Assembly: GCA_016748015.1 (NCBI GenBank)
Contig: JAAOMT010000779.1
Span: forward strand, 62,001-126,000
Length of the DNA: 64,000 nt
Direction: 5' to 3'
Source: Geosiphon pyriformis uo1
Lineage: Eukaryota; Fungi; Glomeromycota
Below the pieces are notes generated by a model that saw only the letters and a program-made list of their open reading frames with translations, did no database searches and was not told where the DNA came from. Positions 36,373-50,341 of the stretch are shown piece by piece (within the stretch, counting starts at the first letter, position 1; the number at the start of each line of letters is the position of its first letter). The translations under genes and the position numbers were made by a program.

Positions 36373-39239
36373 GATGCAAATAAGTGTGAGTAAAGGATAA
36401 AGGATAAAAGGGTAAATTATGTGAATAGGTTATTATTCAAAAAAAAATGCTTTTTTTTGTTTAATACTAAGTTTAGAAAGTAAACTGTTATTCGTTACAA
36501 ATCATACTAAGTAAGTTTAACTAATTATAGTAAATGAAAATCAAAATAGGGAATGTAATTCGAAACTTAAAATAAATCTTATTATTTTAGTTTGCCTAAT
36601 ATTAAAATTTTGTATAAGCTTTTATGGCGTTCTCAAATAAGGCTGACACGTAAATTTTATTGTGGTTAACTACTAATATCACTATTTATCTTTACCATGA
36701 TATTGTCATTCTGTTCAAGCTCCAAGAAGACAGCTAAAACTATAATATATAATTAATTATAATTGAGACAATTATACATTTAACGAAATATATTTTAATT
36801 TAATAAGAACTTTTATTGCATATATATTAAATTTCAAAATTTTCAATAATTGCTTGTAAATTTTTTATTTAGCATTGAAATAACTATTTGTTTTTGTTTC
36901 AAATTCACTTTTTAAAAAAATCATATTATTTAATATAATTTAACCTGTTTTTTAATATTGGTTTTACAAGTTGTCATTTTTAAATAATTAAATTTCAGTT
37001 TAAATAAAAGTTTAAAAATTGGATTTTAATATTTAAAAATTCTAAAATTATTAAAGTTTGGTCTAATTACACAAATTTTGCTGAATTTTTTAAAACAATA
37101 AAATTTAAAATATTATATATAATTTATATATAATATTTAATTATTATTTGTAAATTAATGTTAATTTTATTTAATACTATTAATTATTATTATTAATTAA
37201 CCAATAAAACTTTTTTTTCTTTTAATTTTTATAATTACAACCAAAGCAAAAAGTAAAAAAGCTATATTTTTTATTTGTTTTGTAATTTGAAGCAACTAGT
37301 AGTATTTTTATTAATAAAACACTAATAATTATAGTAACTGTTTAATAATACTTTATAAAAATACTCTCTTTAAATAAAGTAATATTTAATTGGTCTTTTG
37401 TTGTTTCAAAAGCACTTTTTTTATTCTTGGTTAAAAGTTTTTTTTTAAGTTTTTTTAATATAATCTTTATTTCTTTTAAAAGTCCTAAAATATTTAATAA
37501 AAAACTGCCAATTAAGTTATTTTTTTCTTTTGTTTTTCTTTTTACTACCATTTAAATAACCAAAAAAAACTAAAATAATTAAAAAACAACTCTTTTATAT
37601 TTTTATTATGTTTAATAACAACTTTTTTAAAATGGTAAAAGATTTTTTTCTGGTGTTTTTAATAGTTTTAATGTTTTAAAGTCTATTTTTTCTTTTATAA
37701 AAAACAAAACTTTGGTTTTTTTTACTTTTTTTGATTTTTTTGTTAATTTTGTATTATTAATATTAATTATAATATTTGGTTTTATTATAGTTGTAAATGA
37801 AAAAATTTTTCTGTTTAAAACAATAACAACAAAAACATATTAATAATTTTATTTTAAATTGATTTTTGATTGTATTTTTTAATACATTAATTTTTAATTA
37901 ATTTTTATTAGCTTTAAAAACAAAACATATGTTTTTATATATGTTTTATTTAATTATATTATTAAATTATTTAATTTTAAAAATTAAGCGAATTAAATAA
38001 AAACAAAATTAATTATTTCTTTTTTATTTTCTGGTATTGTCTTAAAAACAATTATTAATTATTAAAACTTTGTTAAATAAGTGGTTTTTATTTTAATATT
38101 TCGTGTTTTTTTTAAGATTAAATTGATTTTTATTAAAATTGTATTTCAATTCATACATAATATTACTTATAAAATAAAAGCAAAAAAGAAATAAAAAACA
38201 AAATATAATATAAAATAACCAATAATATAATATAAATTATTAAAATATATAATATTATAAATTTTAAAAATACCAACAAAAATTTCAAAAATTTTAGAAA
38301 TACCAAAAATTTCAGAAAAACTGGTATTATTATTTGAGTAGAAAAACTATTAAAAAACGTAATTATTATGTAAAAATACAAAAATAATATAAAATAATAT
38401 AAAATAGCATAAAATAATACAGAATAACATAAAATAATACATAACAATATATAATAACACAAAATAATTAATAATAATATAAGATAATTAGTTATAATAT
38501 AAAAAAATAAAACAATAATTAACATAATAAATAATAGTTAAAAATAATAAACAATTAAAAATAATCTTATAAAACTAGAAAATATGTATAAAAATAAGTA
38601 GTTTTACCAAATAAAAAAAGAAAAACAGAAGTAAATTTATTTTTAATATCTTATTTTTAATTTAAAAACTTTTGTTATCTTATTTTTTTTATATTTTTTA
38701 TCAATCTAATAAAATATTATTACTTAAACTTAATTATATAATTTTAAAATATAATGTTGAAATTTGATTGTTTGTTTCCTTTTATTTTTATTTCAAGTTA
38801 GATACAAATAATTATAATGCTCTTAAAACTTTAATGACAAATTAAACCAATTGTTTTTAATTATAGCAATTAATAAGATATTAATTTTTTTTTAAGAAAT
38901 AGCAACATTTAAAATTAATTGTCTTAAAATTAGGCTTTATAATAACTTGATAAAAAAAAAAAGTTTTTTTTAAAATTGAATATTAACTTTATCTTATTAG
39001 CTTATCAAAAAAATAAAAAAACAATACTAGACTTTAAAAATTGTAATTAATTAATATGGAGTAAAACACAATTATATTAACACAACTATTACAACAGTTT
39101 TTTTGTATCTTATAACTAAAAAACTCAACAAATAAAACTTTAAACAATAAAAACTTTTAGAGATTAATTAATAAAATTAAACCAAATATATTATTACAGA
39201 AAACTTTTAAGCACTATTCTATTTTATAGAACAAGTTTT

Positions 39240-39750
39240 TGTTACCAAATTATGAATATTAAATATTACAATACTATTTATCAAGTTTACTAGTAACACT
39301 AACAAAAATACCAAAGATTTTTAAAAATATTAGAAATTTAGCAATAATTTAAAAAAAATATAAAAATTATTAAAGATTTCAGAAATTTTATAATATAATA
39401 ATTTATATATATATAGTAATAATAGTAAAAACAAAAAATAACAAGTTTAATTCAAATTTTATTAAAATAATTTTTATAGTTAACAATTTAATATTTAAAA
39501 TATTACTTTTATTTAAATAAAATTTATACTTATTTTGTTAAAATTTAATTATTTTTTTATTAATATTAATAGTATTATTATAATATTATTAACAATATTA
39601 AAGATTATTTTGTAAAAAATATAAAAAAAAACATAAAAAATAATTAAAAAATTAAAATTGCTTATTAAAAAAGTAAAAAACACCAAAATAAATTAGTTAT
39701 TATACTAAAAAAATTAAATACTAAGTATTATCTAATTACTATTAAATATT
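39240..39750. mobile_element. Very degenerate LTR-family-A-like remnant
   Basis: TGTTACC start. Segments resemble 9800-9870 (..AATTTATATATATATAG..) and the family A end. Boundaries uncertain. Confidence 0.4.
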
Positions 39751-39896
39751 TATTTATTTTATAAAAAACTTAATCATTAAAAATAAGAATATTAACTTAT
39801 AAAATAATAATTACCAATCTATTATTTATAAAAATAATTTTATTAATACTAAATTTGTATTTAAAAACAATATAAAACTTTTTTATATAAAGTTTG

Positions 39897-41850
39897 TTTT
39901 TTTTATTTTTTTATTATTATTATTTATTAACAAGTACAGCCCAAATATTATTTAATATATAAAAGCAAACTAAGTAATTTAAATTAAATATGACTTATAT
40001 ATTTACTATATATAACTGGTTATTCAAACTAATTAAAACTATATTATACATTTATATTGACTTTTAATTTATTATTTAATCTAAAAAAAACAAACAAGCT
40101 TTACATAATCCAAACCTAACAACAAAAAATTCAACAATCTTAAGCAAACAAATTATTTTTACAGAAAAAAAGCTAAACAAATCATCATATATCTTAAACA
40201 ACATTCTTTTATTTTCAACCAAGCCATTTTTCTTTATATTAACTCTGTATTTCGACTTAAAATTTCACAGTTTACTACAATATATATTAGTAAAATGTCA
40301 GACAAAATTAGTTACTACTATTATAGCCTTTTTTTTATTTTTAAACTTTAATATTACTTTACTAATTCAATCTCTAAAAACAAATTTCTTGCACAAAATC
40401 TTATAAATACCAATATTAGATATCTTTAAAAAGAAAGTATACAATATTAAAAAAGCTAGTAGAGAGCAAGATCCCATCAAAAATTTTTACAACTTAGCAT
40501 AATTTAACAAAATTTTAAAGTACATTAAAGCATCTTTTGAATAAATGAAAACATAATTAGGTGGTTTGACATTACTATAAAACAGACATAATATGACTAA
40601 ATACTTTTTATTAAATAGCCTTTTTTTAATTATAGTTAACAGTTTTCTATAAATTGCTTTTATTAAATATGTGTAAAAAGTTGTTAAAAGTTTGCTAATA
40701 AAACCAGAAAGTATATAGAAGTCAGAATCTCAAACTAAAGCAGTACAGTACTAATTAATATCTTAAATAAAAAAATTCTGCAAAATTTTTATATCCAAAC
40801 TTGCTTTCTATTAAGTCTGACTAGTTGTCTAATAAATATTGCAAACAAAATAATAAACATTGTTTAAAACAATTAAATTATCTGTCAAGATATATTTTTT
40901 ATACATATTAATAAGTAAAAAAATACCAAATTGTACTATAAAATCTATAAAAACATTAGTTCTGTTATTGTTAACATTTTTTAAGTAGTTCTTGACTTTT
41001 ATTTACTTTACAAAAATATTCTTAAATTTAATTAAGTTAGCTATATGCTGCCTTTTAATTTAGCATTTATTTTGGAAATCAGATACATAAAATATAAGCT
41101 TTAATACATATATATTTATGATAGCTTAGCTGTCTGTTTGTAAAACCACTAAACAAAAAAAGAGAACACATTTTAAAGCCAAGCAATAACCTGTAATTTT
41201 AATATTATTAATAATAGCAAACTAGAAACTTTAACATTTAAATTTACTTTAACATTAGAAAAATATGTTGTTGCTCTGCTTACCACATTAACAGTATTTA
41301 AATCACTTAAAAAACCATTAATATATACATTAATTTTTTCTGTTTATAATTTGTGCAAATGCTCTTAAATGTTCAAAAATTTTCTTAAGTCATAAAAACC
41401 TGAATAGTTAAAATTAAAGCCATTTTTTACAGAATTGTTCATATAAAGTAAAGTTTTCAAAAACCATGCTGGTATTAGGTCTTTCAAATTCAATTTTTTT
41501 TAACAATAAAAGATTTTCTAATCTATAACTAAGCCATATTTATTCAATAATTAATTATTATATGTAATATCAAATTACTTTAAAGATCAAACTACATTAA
41601 AGTAATATAAACTATTTAAAATTTCAAATATTAAAAAGTGATTAGGAGAGCAAAATACACAAAATAACTTATTTGTTAAAGAAATATTTTTGTTCAAAAA
41701 TATTTTCACTAGATCTTCCAAAAATTATTCACAAAACTAACATTTAACTTGACAGAAAATTATAGTAAGTTCTTTAGTATTCAGTTTACAATCTGTAAAT
41801 CCAAAAACTTATATACAAATAAATAATTAAAAATTCTTACCAGTTTGTTT
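39897..41850 (-). mobile_element. Degenerate 3' part of LINE
   Basis: T-run and family 3' UTR at ~39900-40050, followed by AT-mutated ORF2/RNase H remnants collinear with 8700-9590 and 20430-21300. Confidence 0.75.
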
Positions 41851-42339
41851 TTTAAGTTTTTTGAATATTGTATTTTAAAATAAGTTTGTTAATTTTGTTT
41901 TTTTATTTTTAAAATAGCTAAGTTTTTAATAATTTTTGAATTTTTTTTTATTGTTATTGTTTTTTATAATATGTCTTTATATATGTTTATAAATAATATT
42001 AAAATAGCTTTTAATATTTATAGTAAAATTTTTAAAATTTTGTTAATATTTAATAATATATTATTGTTTATTTTAGATTTTTTAATATAAATATAGCTGT
42101 TTTAATATGCTAATTAGTTTTAATAAACAAAAATAATATTAAATTTTTTTTATAATATATATAAGATTAAATTAATTAAATTTTTTAGTCTTTAAAATCA
42201 ATAAACTAATTTTTTAAATTAATAATTATACTTATTTTATTTTTTATTTTTTATTTTTGTTAAATAAATTTAATATTAATTACTTTTAATTTTAAAAATA
42301 ATTTAAATATTATTAATTATTTTATTATTATATAATACT

Positions 42340-45300
42340 GAAAAACTTCTTTCTTTTCTTCATTCATAATTCCCAAAAAAGAGTCTAAAGTTTTTTCGAA
42401 AGAAGTTTTTTACCATTCAGTATGATAAATCTAAACCATTTTTCGATTATGAGGCCACTGTTGGCCCTGTTATTGCTGTTATGAAAAAGACTATTAAAGT
42501 TTCTGGTTCTGAAGGTGGTTTCAAGGCTGTTGCATCAAGGAAAAAGAGGAAGGGAGGTGTGTTGGAAGAGAGTATTGATAATAAAGGGGTTGCTGTCAAA
42601 GCTTCTGGTGCTCGTTCATGGGGTTTTGAAACTGGTGACACTATGGAATCTGAAAGTATTGACATGGAGGAAGAATACTTGGTTAAAGAAACTAGTGTAG
42701 ACTATGGTAATAATGGTACTTTCACAGGAGAGAATCCTGATCAAACACCAAAGAGTTTGCATATGAAGACCAAGAAAGTGTTAGGAAAGCCACTGGGTGT
42801 AATTGATTATGATACTGTTGATGTAGAAGATGATGTGTTAGATGATTTTTTTCTTCTTCCACCCTCTCTTCTGGTCAAACTGTCCGTTCAAGTGCTCATT
42901 CACAAATCCTTTGCTTTAGATATTAATCTTGTGGCTGTCATTGGGAAGTCTTCTCAGAAAAAATTGAGTTTTATCAGGAAAATTTTTTCTGGTGTGAATG
43001 GTTTTGGGGGGGCTTCTACTCCCTCAAAATTTGGTGGGATCATTTATGCAACTTTCACTTCGGAAAAGGCAATGATGGCTGCTGAGAAGTTGGCAAATAA
43101 TTGTGGTGTTGTAGTAAATACTGATTTGAAGCGCCCAAACAACAATCGTACAAATCAGGCAATTATGGTAAAAGAAATTCCTGTGGGAACTTCTGTAGAG
43201 GCTGTGTGTGCTGCCATGTCCAAGTTTGGATTGATTAAGTTAATCAAGATGCAACTGGTGGGTTTGTGGCAAAAAACAATTGTTAAATTGGAAGATCAGA
43301 ATCAGGCTGATCTTTTGACAGCCAAATGGTCTATTCTTATTGGTAAGGATGCAGTACGCATGACCAGAGCCAATGTTGACAAACAGACGTGGGATTCCAG
43401 GAATGAATTCAAGGTGCTGCTCTACACTCTTTCTATGAGAACAAATGCTCATAATATCTGGGACTTTATTGGTTCTATGGGTGGGAAAACTTGTATGATC
43501 GATTGCCATTCTGTTACATATGCCTAAACCAGATGCACCATTGTTTGTTTTGAGTCTGCTAAAGCATTGAATGTCATCATGGAAACCACACCTGTGTTAA
43601 AAGATGCTCATCTTTGTTGGTTTTGTCTTGGTTCTGCTTTATGTGCAAAATGTGAAAAGCTGGGTCATACCTCTCTGGGCTGTGTGTTAGGTGGAAAATC
43701 TTCCTCTGGTAGATTGCCACATCAGGTTTTTTCAGATACAGATAAAAGCAGACTGGTGGCTATTTACGCCAAACATTCAGCATCTATTGCTCGTCCTGTC
43801 TCTTTTGGTGGTACCTCATGGACCAAAATTGTTGGTGGGTTTTCCTTTCCTTCTCTCTCTGCTTAGAAAGGTTTCTTGAATGCTGGTTTTTCTTCAGAGA
43901 TGAAACCTACTCTACAAGTGTCTTTGAAATTAAATAATAGGTTTGCCATTTTTAAGCGCAGTCTCGCCAGTCTTGTAGAGCATGTGGATAAGCTAGCTAA
44001 GAGATTGGATATGCCCAGACCAACGGTTTCTCAGCTTAGCCCTAGATGTCAGCTTTTTTCATCACAGAATCAAGGGGCAGATATAGTGATAAGTGAGGGT
44101 TCGGGTGTGGCCACTGGTGGTGCGACTGTTGTAGAAGTGGTGGGTTTTAATGCTTCTGTTATTTCGAAAATAGAGGAAATGCTGTGCAATCTTTCAGTCA
44201 CAGTTATGAGCCTTTCGGCCAAAATGGACAATGCTGGTTCAGTTCCTGCTATTCATTCTTCTCAATGACAAATCTTGTTTGAAAAATTGCTACATGTAAT
44301 GTCTGGGGTATCAATGTCTCTGCTAAACAGGAAGACATTATTTGTTGGCATAGAGAATTGGAAAATTTGGTCTCAATTGTGATGGAAACGAAATTAAGGT
44401 CTAGCTGTAGGCCATGGATTAAAAATAGGTTTAATGGTGTTTATGTTTTCACTTCTGGTTTAGATGCAGGTTTTCTTGATGCTGGGGTTGCCATAATCAT
44501 GGATGTCTCTCTGGTTTGTCATGTGTGTAAAGTTTCCAAGATGCCAGGCCAGATCTTTTCTATTAAGTTGCTTTTCAAAAATAAGCTGTCAGTGTTAATT
44601 CTGGGGCTTTATGCTGGTGCTTTCCTGGCTGCACATTTTGCTTAGGCAAATGAAGTTAACTTTATGATTGTGAAGACTGTTAATGAGTCCTCTTTTGTCA
44701 TTTTGGATGGTAATTTCAACAAAAATGGATCTCACAAATGTGTTAGTTTTAGGAAATGCTCTGACATGGGCCTGGTCAATTCTTTGAGTGGTAGTTTGTT
44801 TATGAGGGTTCCAACATAGAACAATTCTCGAGGTGTCTCGAAAACAATTGATTACGTTTTTGTCTCTTCTAATTTAGTCAATGCGATAGTAGATTGTGGT
44901 GTGGGTGAGGTTGTGGACTATTTTAATACTGATCACAAGGCTGTTTTTATTTCTGTGAGTCTGAGTGGACTTTTGGATGCTCATTTGAACTCTATTCGCA
45001 AACAGGCAAACAAAGATTGTTGGAACTTTAATTTTAATGAAACTAATAAAATTAAGTGGAATGAATTTAAGAATGTCACATCGGCCAATGCTGAGTTATT
45101 CACTGATGAGTTTGTTGTCACAGTCAAGTTCTTGGATTTGGATGCCATGTGGGATGTTGTTCGCAAAGTAATGTGTTTATCAGCGAATGAGGTTTTCAAG
45201 AAAAAATGGTTTAAGGGCTTCAATAGAGTCTATACCAAAGGATCTTCTAGGTTTTATAGACTGGAGATCTTGGTGTCAAAGATTGTTAAGTGCTCTTGCT

Positions 45301-48300
45301 TGGGTCTGGATGATGAGTTTGTTGGTTTAATGGATTGTTGGTCTTCTTTAGACAATATTAGTGCTTCTGCAGTTTAGATTTTCTTGGATTCTGGTGCCAA
45401 TACAGATTGAGTATGTTCAGCTTTCTCTGTTGCTAAGAAATCTTATTGTGCCAGCAAACTTGCTGAATCCAAACATGCCAAGAAGGCAAATATTAGGAAT
45501 GCAATTAATAAAAGGATAGATAATTTTGAGATGAACAAAAGTCATACTATTAAAAGTGTTTTGGAATGTCCTTTTTGAAAGATGGCGTTGAATCATTTGG
45601 TCATTGGTAATGAGCTAGTCTTGGAGCCTGATATAGTGAAGTCCAATGTAGATGTGATTATGGAGGGCTAGACTAGGAGTCATGGAGTTGTTTCCGATGT
45701 GTCTGAAGATTGGTTGCATCAGTACAGACCATTGGAGTACGTCTTTGATAAAGCTTTTTCAGGTGTAATGTGTTCGATAAATTTTGATGAACTTTTTTGT
45801 GTGGTTTCCGATCTCCCTGATGGTAAGGCTGCGGGTCTTTCTGACATTCCGAATGAGCTTTGGAAGCATTGTAACAAAGTGGTTTTGGGCCTACTTTTAG
45901 AGCTCTTGAATACTTGCTTGACCTATAAGTTAGTGTTCAGTGCTTGAAAAAAAGCCTGGGTCTTAATAATTCCTAAACCATATGAGTGGGAAGGTGTTCT
46001 TACGAATACCCAACCTATTGCTCTAATTGAGACAGCCTGCAAGATTCTTTCCAAAATCCTCTCTAACAGAATCTCTTTGGCATACAGTGCTTATGATGTT
46101 CTGCATGGGGATAACTTTTCAGTTTTAAAAGGCACGATAACACAATCGCCTATTTTTGCTATTGGCTCAGTTATTGAAGATGCACTAGAGAAAAGTTAGG
46201 AGCTCTGGCTGGTTCTGTAGGACATATAAAAGACTTATGATTCAGTTGGCTAGGAACATCTTAGGAAAAGTTTGGTCAGAATAAAAATGTGTGGCAAATT
46301 TATTTGGTTCTTTAGAGATATCTATAGGGATTGTACCAATTGGGTTATGACTGATTTTAGACTAAGTAATGGTTATCGTGTGCATGATGGCTTGGACCAA
46401 AGAGAGGTCTTTTCTCCTCTGCTGTGGCATATATTTTATAACCCTCTGTTATGTGAAGTTAAGTGTCAAGAAAGTGTATATGAGTATAGATTGAACTCTC
46501 ATTTTATCTCCAGGAATGGTTGTGCTGAGTCTCGGACTGGGCTTTCTTCTTTTTTTGCTACTGAAGCTTTTGTTGACGACACAATTTAGATTGATAGCAG
46601 TCAGACTGCTGCTTAGCATATTTTCAATGTTACTAATGAGTTTTTTTGGGTCAATGACATTTCAATCAATAATGATAAAACAGTGGCTATTTCCATCAAC
46701 AGCAGGGTCTGCAATCCATCTTTTTCTATTAGTGGTTCGCCTATCTCTATTGCAAAGAAGGGTGAATCTCATCAATATCTGGGTATTTTTTTATTAACTG
46801 AGGGTCTTTCGAGGTCTAATGTAGTCAAAGCACATACAAATGTCCATTTTTTTACCAATCTGGTTTTGAGAAAAGCTGTTTCAGATAAGCAATTCTTGTA
46901 TTTAGTGTCAGCAGTTCTTCATCCTATAGTTAGCTACAGAACACAATTCAGTTTCATTCCTATTGGTATATGCCACAAGTGGGATGCTCTTATTCATAAG
47001 GGCTTGAAGCTTAAGTCTGGTCTTCCGTCTGATTTTCTTTGTGACACAATTCACCACTCTTCTTTTTATAGTTTAAAGTTATTTGTCCAAATTCAGTCAG
47101 AGGGTAAAGTTGTCTCTCTTATAAATTTTGTAAACTCTGGTAGAATTTTGGGTTGTTTGTTTGCTTATAGGTTTCATGACTTGCAAATTCGGTGTTGGCT
47201 TCCTGTCCATCTCTTGAACTCTTCTGTTTGTATTTATGTCAGTGCTTCTAATAACTTTTTAGCAGGCTTGGTTTGTATTCTGGCTGATTGCAATCTGTTT
47301 TTGAGTGGCTTTTTGGCCGATTCTTTTTGCTTTTGTGGTGGAGTGCCCATGTTTGCTGTTCTGAGTAATTCAACCTTCTTCAAGTTCCTTCCTTCTCTCT
47401 GGTAATATGGTGTCACTTTTGTGAATCAATTTCATGATTGCCACAACAATGTTTTTGATTAGTATACTTTTAAGTATTGGAAGAAATTGGATTCACGTGG
47501 CCCTGTTTCTGAATAATGTAAGCTTTCTGTTGAATTTCTGAATGGCACTGTCCTCTCCTCTGTTCATTCATTGGTTGTAAATGATGCTGGTTCCTTGAGT
47601 ATTTTGGAGTCTGGTACTTTTGTGTCTGTTTGTGATCGTCTTTCCCAGATTGGTTCTGGTGATCTGTTCATTTACACTGATAGATCCTTGAGTAATCTTG
47701 ATACAGTTGACTGTAGAGCTGGTGTTACTGTTTTTTTTGAGGACATTGACTTAGGTGTGGGTGTCGGAGTGCCAGACTTGAAGTCTTTCACTTTGGCGGA
47801 GTTGCAAGCTATTGTATTGGCCTTGGAGTGTGTTTCTCCATCTAGTTCTGTGCAATTATTCTCGGACAGTCAGTGTGCTTTGGATGCTTGTAAGTCAGAA
47901 TTGGGTTTAGTGTGTCCTGATTTCTGTAATCAGTGTTGGGTGGAATATTGTCATGTTGCTAATTTTATTCATGGTAAAAACTTGAGAGTTGGTTGGCATA
48001 AGGTGAAAGGCCACTTGGATGTCTTGGGTAATGAATGAGCTGACAAGATTGCATGTTCCACCTCTTTTTCTAATTGGTTTTTTTCTCACCATTTGAATGA
48101 ACATTTTTTGGTTGCTAATGATGATACTGTTTTTGGTAACTCCAGGCATTTTGTTTGTGATGTTTTTCGCTTTGTTTGTCAAGCATGCTGGGAAGTGGGT
48201 TTTGGCTCTAAGTTTCTAGCTCATAATCTGATTTCTGAGGTTGATTGGCTCTGCTCTTCACTGGTGTGGCACTCTGATTTGCACATAGCTACTAGTTTCA

Positions 48301-49074
48301 CCAGCAAGCCCTCAGCTAATGCTTGTTCTTACTTTTTGAAAGCATTGCATCATTGGTTGCCAGTTGTCATCTAGAAGCACCTTTATAATAGACTTTACCT
48401 TAGTGTATTGTGGTGATGTGGAGGTGTTAAACCATGTGTTTTTGTGCAGGGTTGATGAGTTTGCTTGACATTGATTGCTGAACTCCCATGTGGATTCTTG
48501 AAGAACAATTTCTGGTCTTTTTTATTCAGTTTCTGATGTGTTGCAGCTACTGACATCATGTGTTTCTGATTCTACTTTGTTCACGGCTCTGTGCAAGGGC
48601 TTTGTTTTTGACAGTTGGTTTTGTGAGACTGTTTCTGTCTTTTGGGATTCCAAGGTTGCTGGCTTGGAGGTCATCAAATTTGTGTGCTCTCTTTGTCTCA
48701 CCTTTAGGGATGAAATTTGGTTGGTTTGCACTAAACATCACGCTTATATGGAGAAGAATGGTTTGATTCTTCTTGATAGTTCGGCTCTCATCTCAGTTTC
48801 TGGTTTGGCTTTGAGGCTGTCTGATAGTGTTGTTAAATTGCTTGGCATTACTGAGGCCTTCGGCATGCATTTTGGCTTTTGCAAGTCTCATTTGTTTTTT
48901 TCAGGTCTAGGTGATTCGGTTTCTGTCTATATAGCTACATAATATTGTTTTGATTGGCCCGAATGACTGGTTACGAGTAAAAAATGCACGATTCACACTT
49001 AGTATAAATCATTTCTTTGATGTATAGCACTAGGCAGTATTTGGATCTCACTTATAAATTTAAATAAAAAAAAA
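42340..49074 (+). mobile_element. Near full-length LINE (ORF1 + ORF2 APE-RT-RNaseH-CCHC), inactivated by nonsense transitions
   Basis: ORF1 ~42449-44268 with knuckle CAKCEKLGHTSLGC. ORF2 44265-48942: IATCNV, METKL, GNFN, IDYVF, TDH (APE); AFVDDT (RT); YTD..AELQAI..SDSQ..KVKGH..GNE*AD (RNase H). 3' UTR and poly(A) ~49066-49074. The 5' end is approximate. Confidence 0.95.
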
Positions 49075-50341
49075 TATTATTATTATTAAAATTAATATTT
49101 TAAGAAAGTATTATATTTAATAAAAAACATTTAGATATTAGTAATATTTTAAGTATTAAGATTTTAATTATTTGGCTTTAAGTTATAAGATATTATTTTT
49201 TTTTCTTAAGTTTTATTTTAATTTATTGCTTTATTTAAAGATTTTTAATTGTATTTTATTAAAATTAAAATTTATATTATAATTTTTGGTTTTGTTTTTG
49301 TAAATTTTTTTGTTAATAGTTTTTTAATTACTATTGTTGTTAATATTATTGATTTTTTGGTTGGCTTTTATTTGGTTTCTTTAAATTTAAGTTAGATATT
49401 TTAATTTTAATAATTAAGTTTATTATTAAACAATTAATATTTTAATTATTTTAATTATTATTTTGTTAAATACTTTTTTGTTTTGCATAAAAAAATTAAA
49501 AATATAATTGTTATTATTTAAAATAAAATGTTTGTTTTTAATAAAGCTTTAAGTAAAATTAATATAAAAATAATTAAAATAAAACCAATATATAATATTA
49601 TAATTAATTATATAAAAAATTCTAATAATATTCTCAATAAAAATATTTATATTTAGTTATTGGTTTTTTAAAAATATTAACTAGTTAATATTAAGTTAAA
49701 GTACAGATAAAACTGCTAAATAGTTAAATAATAATATTATAAATAACAATTTTTAATTGTAATTATTTATAAAAAAATTTTTTAAAATAAATTTTTTTTT
49801 ATAGACTTAAAATAATTTAATTTGAATTGGATTTATGCTTAATTATGTAAAAAATGCATGAATCATGTTTAATTAAAATAAATAATAATTATAAAAATTT
49901 AATTAAATAATAAATTATTAATTTTATTTTAAATTTGTTTTTATTTTATTTTTTGGAATTTTATTATTACATTAACAACAAAATTAAGTATATATTTACA
50001 AAATAATATTAATACAAATTTGTAATATTTTAAAAAAAAAATATAAAAAAATATTATATTATTTAAAACACAAAACTAGTATTATTAAGATTAATAATAA
50101 TAACTGTTTTTTAATTATTTTAAAATTTTTGCTTATTTAAAACATAATAATAATAATTAAAAAAAAATAGTAGTTTTATTAATAATTTAAATTTTAAAAA
50201 AACTTTAAGAAATTAGATGATTTGATGAGCCAGTCAAATTAACCAGAACTTGTTCAAATTTAAAGTTTCATGTGTTAATAGCCCTACACTTTTTAAATAT
50301 AATTTTTTTTTCGAAGTACAACCTTTTACATAGTCTAAAAA

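Noticed and set aside
37342-38525. Hydrophobic or low-complexity ORFs (e.g. 120-aa I/L/F/Y-rich)
   Set aside because: Products of extreme AT bias and short tandem repeats, not membrane proteins.
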